Position numbers and translations under genes: made by a program. Positions 61,376-64,000 of a stretch of DNA of 64,000 nt are shown one piece after another. Every line of letters begins with the position of its first letter. Within the stretch, counting starts at the first letter, position 1. This stretch comes from Alphaproteobacteria bacterium (GTDB taxonomy: Bacteria > Pseudomonadota > Alphaproteobacteria > GCA-2731375). Below the pieces are notes generated by a model. It was given only the letters and a program-made list of their open reading frames with translations, made no database searches and was not told the DNA's origin. The stretch lies in NCBI GenBank assembly GCA_965232515.1, contig CBDDPY010000002.1, positions 1,216,001 to 1,280,000 on the forward strand. Reading direction: 5' to 3'.

Positions 61376-61390
61376 CACTGTCACCGTAAT
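61376..61390. repeat. Truncated arm of REP-like palindrome abutting the IS end
   Basis: CACTGTCACCGTAAT identical to 56995-57009. Confidence 0.65.
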
Positions 61391-61427
61391 CAGTTTTTCT
61401 GAGTGGCGAGGCGTCGGGGAATAACGC

Positions 61428-61448
61428 TATAACAATTGTAATGTTATA
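61428..61448. promoter_or_regulatory. AT-rich inverted repeat upstream of sorting-domain gene
   Basis: TATAACA-7 nt-TGTTATA. Confidence 0.4.
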
Positions 61449-61470
61449 ACGTTTTAGGGGTCGAACTCAG

Positions 61471-62295
61471 ATGTTGGTGCGCCTTGCCTTCCTTCTTGCC
61501 TTGATCACTCTCACGCCGGCCGCGGCCGGCGCGGTCGTCTTAACCAGTGGATCGAGCGAGCTGACCATCCAGGAGAGTAACGGCATCGTCACGGTGTGGC
61601 GCATCGAGCCCGGCGGCTCAGACAACGTCTTCCTGTCGTCGTACTACCTGCGCCTCGATGGGCAGAGCGGCGAGAGTTCCTTTCAGGATATCTTCGGCGA
61701 TCCGGTCGTCTCGCAACTCTCCCCTGACCGCCTGAGCCTGAGCTATAGCAACGGCTCGATCGAAGGACGCTTGGACTATGCGATCTTTGGCGGCCTGCCG
61801 TCCGGACGCTCGACGATGGCGCGCTCGGCGACCATCGTCAATCGGGGAACCGACCCACTGAGCTTCACGCTGTTCGACTATACCGATCTCGATATCCGCT
61901 TCGATCCGACCAACCAACGCGACACGGCGGCGCTGACGCAACCTGGCGTGATCGAGACGAACAGCGCATCGGCGCCCATATCGATCGTTACAACGGTGAC
62001 GCCGACGCCCGATCAGTACCAGATCAGCGATTTCATCACGCTGTACCTGGCATTTTTCCTCGACACCGATGGCGCGACGACGTTGCCGAACACACCGGCG
62101 CTCGGGGTGCCGTTCCCCGCTACGCCGGGGGACAATGCCTTTGCCTTCGGATGGGAGGTCTCGCTCGCACCGGGCGAGAGCTTCACGGCGTCTCACAGCA
62201 GCAGGCTCACCACCATTCCCATTCCGGCCACCGTCCTGCTGATGCTGACCGGTCTTGCCGCGCTCGCGTTCGGCCGGCGACGCCTGACGACTTGA
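61471..62295 (+). CDS. PEP-CTERM/VPLPA-CTERM-like surface protein
   Basis: Signal peptide; C-terminal IPIPATVLLMLTGLAALAFGRRR. Confidence 0.82.
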   Translation: MLVRLAFLLALITLTPAAAGAVVLTSGSSELTIQESNGIVTVWRIEPGGSDNVFLSSYYLRLDGQSGESSFQDIFGDPVVSQLSPDRLSLSYSNGSIEGRLDYAIFGGLPSGRSTMARSATIVNRGTDPLSFTLFDYTDLDIRFDPTNQRDTAALTQPGVIETNSASAPISIVTTVTPTPDQYQISDFITLYLAFFLDTDGATTLPNTPALGVPFPATPGDNAFAFGWEVSLAPGESFTASHSSRLTTIPIPATVLLMLTGLAALAFGRRRLTT

Positions 62296-62442
62296 TGGGA
62301 AATGAAATGCGATGGTTGGCCTATGCGCCGCGCGCTCCGTCGCGCCGCAGCTAGATTTCGACCAAATCGACGATTCTGCTACGCTGGTTGCTACCCCAGC
62401 GGTCGCTAAAACCGCGCTTCGTCATCTAAGTCATTGAAAATG

Positions 62443-62518
62443 TGGTGAGCCCGACAGGGATCGAACCTGTGACAACCTGATTAAAAGTCAGGTGCTCTAC
62501 CAACTGAGCTACGGGCCC
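62443..62518 (-). tRNA. tRNA-Lys (TTT)
   Basis: GGGCCCGTAGCTCAGTTGGTAGAGCACCTGACTTTTAATCAGGTTGTCACAGGTTCGATCCCTGTCGGGCTCACCA, 76-nt cloverleaf with CCA. Confidence 0.97.
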
Positions 62519-62540
62519 CCAAAGGGAATCGCAGCGGAAA

Positions 62541-63041
62541 CTAGGTCGCCGAGGGGCCGGGGTCAATAGGCCGCGGTACGCCCGTCTCGCGGCGCTGTTG
62601 CAGGTAGGCGCGGACATGCGGGGTCGGGTTGGCGGCGAGCGCGTCGTCGGCTGACATGAATGCCGCCCAGATGACCTCGCGGTTGTCGATGTGGACCGCG
62701 GGGCGGGTCGGCAGCGCCACCTCGAAAATCTCGCAACGGTCCTGGCGGCGGTCCCAGACGACGGTTCGGGCATAGGCGGGGCGGACGTCAGCGGCATCGA
62801 TGCGAACACCGGCCTCCTCGCGGAGCTCGCGCACCGCCGCCACGACGGCGCTCTCGCCCCTGCCGATGTGGCCACCGGGCAGCGTCAGCTGCCGCCGGTA
62901 GGAGTTGCGGATCATCAGCACCGCGCCATCGTGCCAGACCGCGACCGACGCGCCGGACGTCGTCGGCCGGCACACGAGCCACCAGATCCGCAGCAGACGG
63001 AAAGCGAGGCGGTAGGCGAGTTGGTAGAGACGGTCGGTCAT
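62541..63041 (-). CDS. NUDIX hydrolase
   Basis: GGHIGRGESAVVAAVRELREEAG Nudix box. Confidence 0.9.
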   Translation of the reverse strand: MTDRLYQLAYRLAFRLLRIWWLVCRPTTSGASVAVWHDGAVLMIRNSYRRQLTLPGGHIGRGESAVVAAVRELREEAGVRIDAADVRPAYARTVVWDRRQDRCEIFEVALPTRPAVHIDNREVIWAAFMSADDALAANPTPHVRAYLQQRRETGVPRPIDPGPSAT

Positions 63042-63083
63042 GGCTTGCAGATCGTCGCGAGTCGCTTCACGGCACCGCCCCTG

Positions 63084-63210
63084 GGTTGCCGGATCAAGTC
63101 CGGCGACGACGACTTCGGTTGTGGCATCGCAACCCCATCGTCATGCCGGCGCAGGCCGGCATCCACGGCTGATTCGGCAGTTGGATCCTGGCCGTCGCCA
63201 GGATGACGAT
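63084..63210. repeat. Alphaproteobacterial REP-type palindrome cluster
   Basis: GCCGGATCAAGTCCGGC, GTCATGCCGGCGCAGGCCGGCATCC, GGATCCTGGCCGTCGCCAGGATGAC hairpins. Confidence 0.7.
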
Positions 63211-63227
63211 TGGTGGCGGCGGCGATG

Positions 63228-64000
63228 TCAGTTCCCAAGGAAATCGAAGTCGACGCCGTGGTCGGCCTGGGTGACGTGGTCGGCGTAGAGCTTGGCGTAC
63301 CCGCGGGTGGGGGAGGTGGCGACGAGGGGGGTGTCGGCGCGGCGTTGGGCAAGTTCCGTCTCGTCCACTAAGAGGTCCAGGCGGCGGTCCTTGACGCTGA
63401 GGCGGATGCGGTCGTTGGTGCGTACATAGGCCAGCGGGCCGCCGATGGCGGCTTCGGGGGTGACATGCAGGACGATGGTGCCGAAGGCGGTGCCGGACAT
63501 GCGGGCGTCCGAGATGCGGACCATGTCTTTCAGACCGGTCTGCGCGAGTTTTTTTGGGATCGGCAGGTAGCCGGCCTCGGGCATGGCGGCGGCGCTGCGC
63601 GGGCCGGCGTTCTGCAGGACCATGACGTCGTCGGGTGCGATGTCGAGATCGGAGTCGTCGACGCGGGCGGCGAGGTCTTCGAGCGAGGTGAAGACGACGG
63701 CGCGGGCCTCCTTTTCGAACAGATTGGCGTCGGCGGCGGAGCGTTTCAGGATGGCGCCGCCGGGCGCCAGGCTGCCGAAGAGGGCGACGAGGCCGCCGAC
63801 GGGCTCATACGGTTCGGTCAGCGGGCGGATGACGTCGCGGTCGACCCAGGTGTCGGTCTCGGCCGCGAGGCGCTGTTCCAGGGTCTCGCCGGTGACGGTG
63901 AGGCAGTCGAGGTGCAGGAGCGGCTTCAGCTCGCGCAGGAGCGCGCCCATGCCGCCGGCGACGAAGAAGTCCTCCATGTAGTGGCTGCCCGACGGTTTGA
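63228..64000 (-). CDS. Dihydroxy-acid dehydratase (IlvD/Edd family), 5'-truncated by window
   Basis: MEDFFVAGG, GSLAPGGA, MPEAG, ISDARMSGTAFGTIVLHVTPE. Confidence 0.93.
   Translation of the reverse strand, partial: KPSGSHYMEDFFVAGGMGALLRELKPLLHLDCLTVTGETLEQRLAAETDTWVDRDVIRPLTEPYEPVGGLVALFGSLAPGGAILKRSAADANLFEKEARAVVFTSLEDLAARVDDSDLDIAPDDVMVLQNAGPRSAAAMPEAGYLPIPKKLAQTGLKDMVRISDARMSGTAFGTIVLHVTPEAAIGGPLAYVRTNDRIRLSVKDRRLDLLVDETELAQRRADTPLVATSPTRGYAKLYADHVTQADHGVDFDFLGN

Noticed and set aside
56900-62518. CRISPR array or prophage
   Set aside because: Repeats are kilobases apart with no regular spacers; no cas, integrase or phage structural genes

Overview
High-GC DNA, most likely from an alphaproteobacterium (inferred from gene families and REP-type repeats). 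It is dominated by transport and catabolic genes. In order: the end of a dipeptide/oligopeptide ABC operon; a secreted zinc metalloprotease with FG-GAP repeats; a minus-strand cluster of an atypical PQQ dehydrogenase, a Tat-exported Rieske protein and a complete MoxR/DUF58/VWA/TPR/BatD module; a TetR-TauD-TAXI-TRAP-CoA ligase-nitronate monooxygenase-arylsulfatase cluster; an acyl-CoA synthetase, a family 5 binding protein and an amidase; a 15-gene IclR-associated Rieske oxygenase/extradiol dioxygenase operon ending in a BleO-like gene; a wHTH-TPR regulator coupled to a PGM1-like ATP-grasp ligase, divergent from DUF1326/DUF2182; an HNH nuclease; and tandem TauD genes with a TRAP transporter. 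From about 56.9 to 62.5 kb lies a mosaic accessory region downstream of tRNA-Lys(TTT). It holds two decayed same-orientation tRNA-Lys-like copies, three copies of a palindromic element, an AT-rich block between 14-bp direct repeats, an IS5-derived unit carrying a GNAT gene and two PEP-CTERM-type genes. The best candidates for undescribed biology are the PQQ/Rieske/MoxR system and this tRNA-remnant/palindrome-delimited region. All family assignments are from motif recognition by eye; no database searches were run.
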